Shown here piece by piece: positions 39,554-48,864 of a stretch of 64,000 nt of DNA (position 1 is its first letter; each line of letters begins with the position of its first letter). Location: positions 7,033 through 71,032 of the forward strand of contig DATFUL010000002.1 of assembly GCA_035260845.1 (NCBI GenBank), read 5' to 3'. Both the position numbers and the translations under genes were made by a program. The notes beneath the pieces are model-generated. The model ran no database searches, was not told the origin of the DNA, and saw only the letters and a program-made list of their open reading frames with translations. The stretch comes from Patescibacteria group bacterium. Lineage in GTDB: Bacteria > Patescibacteriota > Microgenomatia > UBA8517.

Positions 39554-40216
39554 CTAAGCCTGTTGTGCTTTTGAGGGTTCTTGGTAAACAAAAATAGGCA
39601 AAGCCCTATCATACTGTCGTTGTGTAGTAAATTTTTCCCAGAAGTGGGCTACGTACCTTGGGGCAAATTTTGTGTGAACACCAACTAAACTGGATGACAT
39701 ATCAATAACATTTCCAGTCTTCGTTCTTGACTTTGTTGGTAGAAGTTCATTCCGGTGACCATTTGATTCAGTTAGGTCTACTAAGATTGGGGCCTCTTTT
39801 ATCATTTTTTCGTATAAAGTCGAATAAATATTTGCATATGTAGTTGCATTGCCCAAAATAGCACTCACGCCTTTAATATTTAGACTTTTTCCTGATTCTG
39901 CCACTAATTCCTCCATTTGATCAGCAGTTTTTGGTTCATGCCAACTAACCCTAACCAAGTTTTTTAGTACTGCAACTTGGCCTGATAGAGAAGTTTCTTC
40001 ATCTAGAGAGTCTGTATAATCTTCAATATCCTTTTCTTTTTTAATAAAATTCTCAGGCAACAGAGTGATTCCTTTTAAGTCCTTCATTTGTTCAGGTCTA
40101 AGAGTTATAAACCAATAATTGTCTCCCATTTTCTCCTTTATTTCCTTGGGAAAAACCCCGTATTGCTCAACGGGCTTCTTTTGCTCTACATTTGGCTGTG
40201 AAAGGGGTACTTCCAT
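39554..40216 (-). CDS. Hypothetical protein
   Basis: 220-aa ORF; no recognised motif. Confidence 0.7.
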   Translation of the reverse strand: MEVPLSQPNVEQKKPVEQYGVFPKEIKEKMGDNYWFITLRPEQMKDLKGITLLPENFIKKEKDIEDYTDSLDEETSLSGQVAVLKNLVRVSWHEPKTADQMEELVAESGKSLNIKGVSAILGNATTYANIYSTLYEKMIKEAPILVDLTESNGHRNELLPTKSRTKTGNVIDMSSSLVGVHTKFAPRYVAHFWEKFTTQRQYDRALPIFVYQEPSKAQQA

Positions 40217-40251
40217 TTTAAGTAAGTTGATTATATCATCAGCTTTAATGC

Positions 40252-40848
40252 ATGTGGAAAAATGCTGAGAAATTTCTTCTAAAAGATAAATATATTGGCC
40301 CTTTAATTAAAACTTGGGGACACTGCACCATAAAATTTCGACCTCACAAAGACTATTTTGGGCACATTGCCGGGAACATTATTGGTCAACAGCTTTCGGG
40401 CAAAGTTGCCGACGTTATTGAGGGAAGATTTATTAAAGCCGTAGGTGGAAAAGTAACTCCAGACTCCATTCTAAAAGTAGATGGTCAAAAACTGCGTGAT
40501 TGCGGGATGAGTTGGGGAAAGGTGTCATATGTTAAGGACTTGGCTGAAAAAACCAAGTCAGGTGAGCTTCAAACTAAAAAACTAGCAAACCTCACAGATA
40601 GTGAAGTGATAAAGGAACTTGTTGCAGTCAAAGGAATTGGTGGTTGGACGGCCGAAATGTTTTTAATGTTTTCTTTGGCCCGCCCCGATATTTTCCCTGT
40701 AGCGGACTTAGGTATTAAGAAAGGATTTGAGAAAGTAACCGGCAAAAAGTGGAACAAAATAAACTCTCCTAAATTTGCAGAAAAAACCTGGAAGCCTTAT
40801 AGAACTGTGGCCTCGTGGTATTTATGGCGTAGTCTCGAAAACAGGTAA
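40252..40848 (+). CDS. alkA: DNA-3-methyladenine glycosylase II (HhH-GPD)
   Basis: 'IIGQQLS', 'VKGIGGWTAEMFLMFSLARPDIFPVADLG', 'WKPYRTVA'. Confidence 0.92.
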   Translation: MWKNAEKFLLKDKYIGPLIKTWGHCTIKFRPHKDYFGHIAGNIIGQQLSGKVADVIEGRFIKAVGGKVTPDSILKVDGQKLRDCGMSWGKVSYVKDLAEKTKSGELQTKKLANLTDSEVIKELVAVKGIGGWTAEMFLMFSLARPDIFPVADLGIKKGFEKVTGKKWNKINSPKFAEKTWKPYRTVASWYLWRSLENR

Positions 40849-41532
40849 TTACCTAGGTAAGACCGAAAGGGGGTTAAGTGGAATTCCGTTTTGTCTAATT
40901 TCCAAATGCAAATGAGGGCCGGTTGAATGCCCCGTAATACCAACTTTACCAATTTCAGTCTCAGTTGTTACGTAGTCGCCAATTTTGACCTCAATTTTAC
41001 TTAAGTGGGCATACCTAGAAGTTAATCCCTTGCCATGGTCAATTAAAACAGTGTTTCCGTAGCCATCTGTTTCGTAGCCAGCTTCGATTACATCTCCAGA
41101 TTTGATAGCCATAATCTCTGTTCCAACTTCTGCTCCAAGGTCAAGTCCAGGGTGAAAAATACTAAATCCCTGATTAATTTTAATTTCAGCAAAAGGGTAT
41201 TGGATTGCCTTTTCGGTTTTAAGGGTGTTTTGAGTTTCAATAATGGCTTGGTCAGTGGTCACGTTTTGTGCCTGGGCGTTAAGTTGGCTTGACGGAAATA
41301 CTGTACCAATAATTGCTAAGGCCGCCATATTGGTAGCCACAAGTCTTTTGGTGCTTTTATGTTCGCTCATGTGCCTGGCAATTTTTCCCAATAATGTACC
41401 ACTCCTATACTTTTTGTTGATTATTGAAGCTGTAGGCACGAATGGCTCTTCCACAAGAGGTTTGCGCCTTTTAACTAGCTTCGCATGAAGCACAAGGCGG
41501 AACTTTGGCAGTTCAAGGCTAAATTTACGCAT
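40849..41532 (-). CDS. M23-family metallopeptidase (alternative start 41589)
   Basis: 'HPGLD', 'GYGN', 'YAHL', 'STGPHLHLE'. Confidence 0.92.
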   Translation of the reverse strand: MRKFSLELPKFRLVLHAKLVKRRKPLVEEPFVPTASIINKKYRSGTLLGKIARHMSEHKSTKRLVATNMAALAIIGTVFPSSQLNAQAQNVTTDQAIIETQNTLKTEKAIQYPFAEIKINQGFSIFHPGLDLGAEVGTEIMAIKSGDVIEAGYETDGYGNTVLIDHGKGLTSRYAHLSKIEVKIGDYVTTETEIGKVGITGHSTGPHLHLEIRQNGIPLNPLSVLPR

Positions 41533-41591
41533 ATAACCCCGAGAACTCAGGGTTTGGTCCGTTCCTTGCCACTTGGCTTGGTCAGGCATGT

Positions 41592-41651
41592 AAAAACCCG
41601 CTATAAAGCGGGCGAGCCGCTATTCTACCTTAATTTAGGCTCAAAAGTCAA
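41592..41651 (-). promoter_or_regulatory. Promoter (TTGACT-N18-TAGAAT) followed by terminator-like hairpin and U-tract
   Basis: Minus strand: TTGACT 41651-46, TAGAAT 41627-22, CCCGCT-TTAT-AGCGGG-TTTTT 41612-41592. Confidence 0.55.
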
Positions 41652-41666
41652 GTTTCCTGGAGTGCT

Positions 41667-42101
41667 TTAGAATTTGATGTCAAAATTTATAGCAGGGGGT
41701 TTAAGGCGGCTTTCGTTAATATCTAAGTTATTTATTTGAATCTTTAATTTGCTAAGTTTATTTTGTGAATCAATAAGAATATCACCGGATGAACTGGCCT
41801 CTGGAGTATTTTCTATAACAGGAGGTGGGGTAGGTACTGGGGTCATGTTCTGACCAAGATTTTTACGTCCAAAAAGTAATCCCAGAATTATGATTAAAAG
41901 AATAAGGCCAAAAGAAATACTTACAGGCCAAAATATTTTTTTGTTAGAATAGAATTTGTTTAGGCCGCGTATGGCCAAAAGCTTGATTTTTTCAGTTAAA
42001 GATTTTAAATCTGAACCTAGTTTGGGTGTTTCTTGAGGCGGGACATTAACCTGCGGCATAGGAATTGGATTTTGGTTTACGGTTTGATTTTGGTCTATCA
42101 T
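41667..42101 (-). CDS. Single-pass membrane hypothetical protein
   Basis: TM, Pro-rich linker and coiled coil. Confidence 0.7.
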   Translation of the reverse strand: MIDQNQTVNQNPIPMPQVNVPPQETPKLGSDLKSLTEKIKLLAIRGLNKFYSNKKIFWPVSISFGLILLIIILGLLFGRKNLGQNMTPVPTPPPVIENTPEASSSGDILIDSQNKLSKLKIQINNLDINESRLKPPAINFDIKF

Positions 42102-42907
42102 TTGATTTGGTTTTGAATGGAATTTAACATTTCGGTCAAATAGTTATTAAGCTGAGAAAGTGGGCTTAAAGAGGCAGAGAGAATTTGTATAGCTTCGTTG
42201 TAAGTGCTTGCAGTTCCAAAATTCTGAGTATATATGGTTTGTATTTTAGTAGCTCCCGAGGCCTCGTTCTTTTTAAGCAACTGAAGAACCGCGTCGGTAT
42301 CGTTTAGCCACCTATTAAATGGGTCGATTTTTAAAGTCCCTTTTGCGACCTGATCGTTAATGTAATTTTTTAGATCTGAGTAGATTTGCTCGTGATCCTT
42401 TCTTATGCCTATTTCTTTACTTAAGCCAATATCAAACAGTGCTTCATCAACAATTGGGGTTGTATTTGTTTCATTCCTGCTTCTACCCTCATCGGCCTTG
42501 TTGAATAGGTCAACAAGTTCATCGCTGTCTTTGTAGTTTGGGATATGGATTTTGTACCAATCAACTTCTGAATCAATTTTGCCAAAAATGGCACCTTTTT
42601 GGCTGTCGTCAAAGCCTGTTGTCTCAACAATTTGTATGCGGAGGGCAGTTAAATAAACAATCATAAGCTGATCACGGTCTTTTAACATTTTTAAAGTTTT
42701 TTGCCGAGCATCCTCTTTAAGCTGGAGTGTGGGGTTAGCCAGATAGAATGTTTTAGCTTCTTGGAAATTTGAATAATCCTCCTGGTATATGCTCAGTTGA
42801 TACTGGTAGTCAGCATAGGCTTTATTGGCATCGAAAGTTTGTGCAACTACCTTGGCAGGAAAAAAGAGAAAAATAACAACGAGGCCAAATAAGGCAGTTT
42901 TCTTCAT
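42098..42907 (-). CDS. Exported helical hypothetical protein
   Basis: Signal peptide 'MKKTALFGLVVIFLFFPAKVVAQ'. Confidence 0.75.
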   Translation of the reverse strand: MKKTALFGLVVIFLFFPAKVVAQTFDANKAYADYQYQLSIYQEDYSNFQEAKTFYLANPTLQLKEDARQKTLKMLKDRDQLMIVYLTALRIQIVETTGFDDSQKGAIFGKIDSEVDWYKIHIPNYKDSDELVDLFNKADEGRSRNETNTTPIVDEALFDIGLSKEIGIRKDHEQIYSDLKNYINDQVAKGTLKIDPFNRWLNDTDAVLQLLKKNEASGATKIQTIYTQNFGTASTYNEAIQILSASLSPLSQLNNYLTEMLNSIQNQIK

Positions 42908-42950
42908 ACTTATTACATTCTAATCTATTTTAGGCAGTTGTGGTTTCTTG

Positions 42951-43022
42951 AGACCGGAGCGGGAATCGAACCCGCGCATGGAGGTTTTGCAGACCCCAGC
43001 GTTTCCACTTCGCCATCCGGTC
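42951..43022 (-). tRNA. tRNA-Cys(GCA), CCA not encoded
   Basis: GACCGGATGGCGAAGTGGAAACGCTGGGGTCTGCAAAACCTCCATGCGCGGGTTCGATTCCCGCTCCGGTCT: acceptor stem GACCGGA/TCCGGTC, T-loop GTTCGATTC, U73. Confidence 0.95.
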
Positions 43023-43108
43023 AGGGATACGCTATTTTACCACGAGGCTTGTCAAAAGCTGAGTGGCAAGCTTGCTTATTATAAATATGGTAAACTCGAG
43101 GCTGGATA

Positions 43109-43978
43109 ATGAAGACGTTAAAAATAGTGTTTGTAGTTCTTGTTACCCTGGCAGTAGTAGTTACAACTGGCTTTTTCTTAATTGGTTATCTTAAACCGAA
43201 GCCGGGTGGGCTTATGGTTGTTACTACACCCACGTCAAGCGTTTACATAAACGGAAAACTTATGGGTAAAAGTCCATACAAGGGCACAGATACCGCAGGC
43301 CAAATCAATCTTAAATTAATACCAGACGTAAGTGATCAAAGTTTAATTCCTTATGAAACAAAGGTTAATTTAGTAGCTGGTATTCAAACCATTGTTAGAC
43401 GTGAATTTGGAACTACAGAGGACGCCTCTTCCGGGGATGTCATTTCTTTTGATAAACAAAGCGGGAACCTTTCTGGCCTTGTGGTTGTTTCAAATCCAGA
43501 TAATTCCCAAATTTTTGTGGATGGTGTAGCTCAGGGTTTTTCTCCTTATAATCTAAACTCTGTTGCTACAGGTTCGCATCAAATTACAGTTAAAGCTGCT
43601 GGGTTTTTGGACCGGACAATGGACGTTAAAACACAAACTGGTTACAAGCTTACTGTCTTTGCCAAATTAGCAAAAACTTCTGAAGTTGAGCCAACACCAA
43701 CTTTAGAGCCAAGCCCTATCCAAACAAGCAAAACTTATATTTTGATTAAAGATACCCCGACTGGATTTTTAAGAATGAGAACGGAACCAGGAGCAAAAGG
43801 TGAGGAAATTGCCGAACTTAAACCCGGCGGTAAATATTTGTTTTTAGAGGCAGATATCACTTCTGGTTGGTTTAAAATCCAATATCAAGACTCGGCTCCT
43901 GGGCTTCCAAACGGGATTGTTGGTTGGGTTTCTAACCAATATGCTGAGATTTCAACAGAGAGTGCAACCTTGAAATAA
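43109..43978 (+). CDS. PEGA-domain protein with C-terminal SH3-like domain
   Basis: 'LVVVSNPDNSQIFVDG...GFSP', 'TPTGFLRMRTEPG...GWFKI...GWVS'. Confidence 0.85.
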   Translation: MKTLKIVFVVLVTLAVVVTTGFFLIGYLKPKPGGLMVVTTPTSSVYINGKLMGKSPYKGTDTAGQINLKLIPDVSDQSLIPYETKVNLVAGIQTIVRREFGTTEDASSGDVISFDKQSGNLSGLVVVSNPDNSQIFVDGVAQGFSPYNLNSVATGSHQITVKAAGFLDRTMDVKTQTGYKLTVFAKLAKTSEVEPTPTLEPSPIQTSKTYILIKDTPTGFLRMRTEPGAKGEEIAELKPGGKYLFLEADITSGWFKIQYQDSAPGLPNGIVGWVSNQYAEISTESATLK

Positions 43979-44947
43979 TTAGGAAGCTCCAGTAACTGAA
44001 ACTCCTGAGTAAAGTACCCAATAAACTAAAATTAACCAAATTGCGACTGTTGTAATTAGAGACTTGTCTGTTAAAAGCAATCTTTCAGGTGTTTCGGATC
44101 TATTTTCAAAAATTAAAGACTCATACCTCATGATTCCAAAAATAGTAACCGGGATTGTAAACATCAAAAGCTTATCTATAGTTGTGGTTCTGCTAAGCTC
44201 GGCGAGAACTAACCAAAAAGGAAGAGTGGCTTTCGGGCTTTCAAAAAATGTAAAAAGAGCCCAACTCATCCAGGAAGCATTGCCAAACATGGTTACGTAA
44301 GAATCTAAAAGTTCTCTTTTATACTCTCCAAGACTTTTCCTTGTCATGGTATTATCTTGACCAACTAAATTTAATTCGGCACGGCGTTTACCTGAGGCTA
44401 AAAATAATGCAACTGAAATTACACAAAGCAGGAACCAAACCGAAAGATGCGCGTTAACTACAAAGGCTCCGGCATAAACTCTAATTACGAATCCGGCAGC
44501 AATTATGACAATATCTACAATTGCTATATTTTTTAATCCTAAGCTATAAAATATTTGCATTAAAATATATCCAAGTACTAAGAAAAAAAATAAAGAATTG
44601 AGATTTGCACTAATAAGGAGTGCAAATAACGCCAAACATACAGCTTCTGTTACTGCAAACCCTAAGGGAAGAGCGCCACTTGCAATTGATCTAAACCTTT
44701 TTGTTGGATGCAGTCTGTCACGTTTTATGTCTAATATGTCATTAATTACATATGTCGCTGAGGTTGCAAAACAGAAGGCAATAAAACCTTGGAAGACCAA
44801 ACTAAACTCTCCCTTATCGAATAGAATTCCAGAAAGGAACACCGCCGCAAAAAGAGATATATTTTTAATCCAATGAATTGGACGAGCTGCTTTAATTGCC
44901 GCCGTAATTAAACTGGTTTTTGGTTTTTTGATCTCTGAGTTAACCAT
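43979..44947 (-). CDS. UbiA-family prenyltransferase (decaprenyl-phosphate phosphoribosyltransferase-like)
   Basis: 'RPIHWIKN', 'YVINDILDIKRDRLHPTKRFR.IASG', 'KRRAEL'. Confidence 0.88.
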   Translation of the reverse strand: MVNSEIKKPKTSLITAAIKAARPIHWIKNISLFAAVFLSGILFDKGEFSLVFQGFIAFCFATSATYVINDILDIKRDRLHPTKRFRSIASGALPLGFAVTEAVCLALFALLISANLNSLFFFLVLGYILMQIFYSLGLKNIAIVDIVIIAAGFVIRVYAGAFVVNAHLSVWFLLCVISVALFLASGKRRAELNLVGQDNTMTRKSLGEYKRELLDSYVTMFGNASWMSWALFTFFESPKATLPFWLVLAELSRTTTIDKLLMFTIPVTIFGIMRYESLIFENRSETPERLLLTDKSLITTVAIWLILVYWVLYSGVSVTGAS

Positions 44948-45981
44948 AAAATAAATCCACCGAGTACAACTGCCACTCCAACCATTGTATAAATCTTTTG
45001 ACTGGTATTCAAATTAAGTGCAATTATCCCAAGAAATGCCGTTACTGTCCAATAAAAAATAGCAACTTGGCCTTTAGTCAGACCAGCATCAAGAAGTTTA
45101 TGGTGCAAATGATTTCTGTCTCCCCAGACAGGGGATTTACCTTTTAATATCCTATTAACAATAACATAACCTGTATCAATTAAAGGTATTCCAAGAACAA
45201 CAAGAAGAACGCCAACTTTGGCAGTTGCTAGTATTGAAAGAACTCCAAGAAGATAACCAGCAAGAGTACTACCTCCATAACCTGGCATTATTTTTTGGGG
45301 AAAAATATGCCAAGGCAAAAATCCTAAATACGCTCCTCCTGTAATTGCTGCCAAAATAATGATCGGCCACTGAGTAATGTCCGCAGAATATTTAAGTGAA
45401 ATAAGCGCGATTACAAATGCCGCTATTACTGTTACGCCGGAAAGTTGGCCATCGACTCCTTTTGCTCCCATATTAATCATATTCATTAAAAAAGTTACCC
45501 AAAAAATGGCAAACAGGTCGGCAATTAGCCAAATATGATGTGTTATTCCAAAGATTGAAAAAGTTATTTGCGGCTGACTTAAATCAATAACACCACCAAA
45601 AGGATTTGTAATGAAAGCAATACCAATTCCGGCAGCAATTGGAGCACTGGCCGCAACAACTCCGAGTACAAGTCTAAGATATGGGTTCAAATTATATTTA
45701 TCATCAAGCACTCCCATGACCACTAAGATAAGTGCACCCACCAAAATGCCAATTATGTGTTTATCTATTGGCAAGAATATGAGTGTGGCAATTAAAAGGG
45801 CTATGAATATTGGAATTCCACCACCTCTTGGAGTTGGGGTAACATGAATTGTTTTTGGGTGACTGCTTTTTTTTGGGTCGTCTATAATTCCTAATTTTCC
45901 GGCAAATTTAATCACAACAGGAGTTGTTATAAACGATATAGCCATCGAAGTGAGCCAAGGTGGTAAAAAAAGGTTCCACAT
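44908..45981 (-). CDS. MraY/WecA(TagO)-family polyprenyl-phosphate HexNAc-1-P transferase
   Basis: 'TPRGGG', 'GVLDD', 'GVDGQ', 'DRNHLHHKL'. Confidence 0.88.
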   Translation of the reverse strand: MWNLFLPPWLTSMAISFITTPVVIKFAGKLGIIDDPKKSSHPKTIHVTPTPRGGGIPIFIALLIATLIFLPIDKHIIGILVGALILVVMGVLDDKYNLNPYLRLVLGVVAASAPIAAGIGIAFITNPFGGVIDLSQPQITFSIFGITHHIWLIADLFAIFWVTFLMNMINMGAKGVDGQLSGVTVIAAFVIALISLKYSADITQWPIIILAAITGGAYLGFLPWHIFPQKIMPGYGGSTLAGYLLGVLSILATAKVGVLLVVLGIPLIDTGYVIVNRILKGKSPVWGDRNHLHHKLLDAGLTKGQVAIFYWTVTAFLGIIALNLNTSQKIYTMVGVAVVLGGFILWLTQRSKNQKPV

Positions 45982-45984
45982 AAT

Positions 45985-46317
45985 TTAAAAAAATCCAACC
46001 AATAAAATAATCTTCAAGACGGCTACAGTTAAAAGAAATGAGACAAAGGCACTGGAAATTATTAAAGTTTTTTTCAAAAAAAGATCTTTTGTAAAACGGC
46101 AGACAAAAATGTTTAGAAGTACTACGACAATACCAATTGCAGGAACTGTTATAAGCCCGAGAGTTGGTGTCAGTTGTTCACCGCCGCTGGGAAGGCCATA
46201 GAAAAGAGGCACAACAGGAGGAAGGAATGTCTTCAAAGCCAATATAATTAGGATAGAAAGGACATTAATAGCAAAAGAAAAGTAAACATAGCCCTTGTAC
46301 GGTATATTCTTCCACAT
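45985..46317 (-). CDS. Small 3-TM membrane protein
   Basis: 'LPPVVPLFYGLPSG.EQL'. Confidence 0.7.
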   Translation of the reverse strand: MWKNIPYKGYVYFSFAINVLSILIILALKTFLPPVVPLFYGLPSGGEQLTPTLGLITVPAIGIVVVLLNIFVCRFTKDLFLKKTLIISSAFVSFLLTVAVLKIILLVGFF

Positions 46318-46370
46318 CCAAGGCCTATTTTACCATTTGCCAAGACAAATGGCCAAGGTTCTCGCGGCAG

Positions 46371-47885
46371 CTATTTTTTTGGAGCTAAATCTATGCGGGC
46401 GTATATGCTGGCGTTTTCAATCTGATTAATAAGAAGATACTTTGTTCTTAGGAGTGGATTTAAATCAGGAAACGGATGGGCTGAAGTTAATACTATAAAT
46501 TTAGGGAGATTGTTTGTAAGTTCTCTAGCGACTTCAGATTGGCTTGAATAATCGAGTACATGATAATCGGCAACATATTTTATTGGAGGCAACCTTCTGG
46601 AAAGAGCATACACAACAGCCGAATCGGGATCCCACATAAAGACACGGTCAGATACTTTACTTGATTGCGACAAAAATTTGGCTATTTCGTAATTTCGATT
46701 AACTGTTGAACCGAAGGCCTGAAAATACTCCATCTTATTTGTCTTTCCTGTAGCGAAATTGATGAAACGAACATAATAACTGGCTGTTTGGTAATAGTAG
46801 AATTTATAATAGACGGGCACAAAAAAGGTCAGAGCTAGGGGTAATACTGCAAGTGACTGCATAACGCTTTTTTCAGCAAAAAACATGCCAAAAAGAAGAG
46901 ATAAAGGTGGAAGCACCTGGACAAAATAATGTGGATATGGTCTTTCCGATAAAGTAACTGCAAAAAGGGCAAGGAGTGTCCAAATGCTAAAAAGAATAAA
47001 GTTTCTGGATACTTTTTTTCTACTCAGAAATAAAGCAAAACTACCAAGAGCAACAATCAGCGCTCTTATTAAAAGGGGAGCGTTTCTAACATAGAACGGT
47101 TTTTGAACATCGCTTGGCCTAAAGCTGCTTAAATAACCAACATTTTGTAGGAATGCAGCCTTGATATATTCTGGGAGTGCACCTCTAAAGTAATACCAAC
47201 CAAAGGTAAACAAGATTGGCGTGCCAAAACCTAAGCTTAAAATAATAGTATTTTTGATTACATTACCCCAATTTTTAAAGTCATTAGTAATAAACCAATA
47301 AATTATTATTACAGGCAAATCAAAAGCCGCAGGAACTTTAAAAAGAGTGCCAAGCCCAAATAAAACTCCTGCAAAAAATATTTTTTTAGAATTTAGGCTT
47401 TCTGAAAGAAGAATAAATAGGGCAATAATAGTAAAACCAATCATAAAAAGTTCGGAATTGACTATATTCCCTTCAAAAAGTGGAATTGTAGTCAAGATCG
47501 CAAAAATTGAGGTCGATACCATCTGAGCCTTTTCATTTTTCTCAAACAGCTTTGCTGACAATTTATAAAAGAAGACGATACTAATTAGGCTCCAGAAGCA
47601 TAGAATCGCCTTAAACCAGAATAAGTTTCCGGCAACCGCCGCAGTTAAATAAAGAAGGGGGGGTTTGTTGTCATGTATATCTTTATAGAGGGTGAGTCCC
47701 TGGCGCACACCCTGACCAAGACTCATATAAATCATTTCGTCGCCATAATAATAGGGCTCAAAGAAAGACGGAATCCTAAGAATCAAAACGAGTGCTAAAA
47801 TTCCCAAGACCCAAGCTGGAAAATCAGGAAGATGTAATTTGTCTCCGACTCTGTGAAGCATATTCCAGAATGATTTCATTACCAT
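46371..47885 (-). CDS. GT-C (ArnT/PMT-like) membrane glycosyltransferase
   Basis: 'DEMIY', 'LYKDIHDNKPPL', multi-TM, 'YPHYFVQ'. Confidence 0.8.
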   Translation of the reverse strand: MVMKSFWNMLHRVGDKLHLPDFPAWVLGILALVLILRIPSFFEPYYYGDEMIYMSLGQGVRQGLTLYKDIHDNKPPLLYLTAAVAGNLFWFKAILCFWSLISIVFFYKLSAKLFEKNEKAQMVSTSIFAILTTIPLFEGNIVNSELFMIGFTIIALFILLSESLNSKKIFFAGVLFGLGTLFKVPAAFDLPVIIIYWFITNDFKNWGNVIKNTIILSLGFGTPILFTFGWYYFRGALPEYIKAAFLQNVGYLSSFRPSDVQKPFYVRNAPLLIRALIVALGSFALFLSRKKVSRNFILFSIWTLLALFAVTLSERPYPHYFVQVLPPLSLLFGMFFAEKSVMQSLAVLPLALTFFVPVYYKFYYYQTASYYVRFINFATGKTNKMEYFQAFGSTVNRNYEIAKFLSQSSKVSDRVFMWDPDSAVVYALSRRLPPIKYVADYHVLDYSSQSEVARELTNNLPKFIVLTSAHPFPDLNPLLRTKYLLINQIENASIYARIDLAPKK

Positions 47886-47911
47886 TCTATATTAGGATAT
47901 AATTTGCCTAT

Positions 47912-48856
47912 ATGCAAAAAGTTCTCATTACTGGGGGTGCTGGATTCATTGGGTCTCATTTATGTGAGGTTTTACTAAACAAAGGTTATAAGATAATTTG
48001 TTTAGATAATTTACTAACTGGATCTAAGAAAAATATTGAGCCACTTTTGGGAAACTCTAATTTTGAATTTATTGAAGCTGATGTTTGTAAACCTTTAGAC
48101 AATTTTGTTAATCAAGAAATTAGTCATATTTTTCATCTGGCCTCTCCCGCCTCGCCAATTGATTATCAGAATCACCCAGAAGAAACGTTGTTAGTTAACT
48201 CTCAGGGAACGCTAAATGTTTTAGCACTAGCGCGTGACTCAAAAGCCAAAATTTTGGTAGCATCTACATCTGAAGTTTATGGGGATCCGCTTGAGCATCC
48301 CCAAAAAGAAACTTATTGGGGAAATGTTAATTCGTTTGGGCCAAGATCTTGTTATGATGAAAGTAAGCGTTTTGCAGAGTCTGCTACTTATATATTTTTA
48401 AATAAATATAAAATTGACGCAAGGATAGTTAGGATTTTTAATACCTACGGTCCTAAAATGCAAAAAGACGATGGACGAGTAGTAAGTAATTTTATTAATG
48501 CGGCTTTAACCAACCAAGATATAAAAATTGACGGAGATGGAAGCCAGACCCGTTCTTTTTGTTTTGTCTCCGACTTGGTGGATGGAATAACAAAAGCCAT
48601 GTTTTCGGAACAGACAACCGGGGAGATCTTTAATTTAGGAAACCCGGTTGAATATACTATTAAAGAACTAGCCGATAAGGTGATTAAACTTACCGCCGCA
48701 AGCTCTCAAATTAAATATAGTGAAACCTTTAGACAAGATGATCCAATGAGAAGAAAACCAGATATAACAAAAGCAAAAAATGTTTTGGGTTGGGAGCCAA
48801 ATGTAAATATTGAAGAGGGACTTGGGAAGACTATTGAGTATTACAAATCTCTTTAA
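47912..48856 (+). CDS. UDP-glucuronate decarboxylase (UDP-xylose synthase)-family SDR
   Basis: 'TGGAGFIGSHL', 'HLASPASP', 'STSEVYGDP', 'RSCYDESKR'. Confidence 0.9.
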   Translation: MQKVLITGGAGFIGSHLCEVLLNKGYKIICLDNLLTGSKKNIEPLLGNSNFEFIEADVCKPLDNFVNQEISHIFHLASPASPIDYQNHPEETLLVNSQGTLNVLALARDSKAKILVASTSEVYGDPLEHPQKETYWGNVNSFGPRSCYDESKRFAESATYIFLNKYKIDARIVRIFNTYGPKMQKDDGRVVSNFINAALTNQDIKIDGDGSQTRSFCFVSDLVDGITKAMFSEQTTGEIFNLGNPVEYTIKELADKVIKLTAASSQIKYSETFRQDDPMRRKPDITKAKNVLGWEPNVNIEEGLGKTIEYYKSL

Positions 48857-48864
48857 ACCTTAAT

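Noticed and set aside
42951-43022. tRNA-Cys as an integration site for a prophage or island
   Set aside because: No integrase and no duplicated tRNA 3' end found in the window
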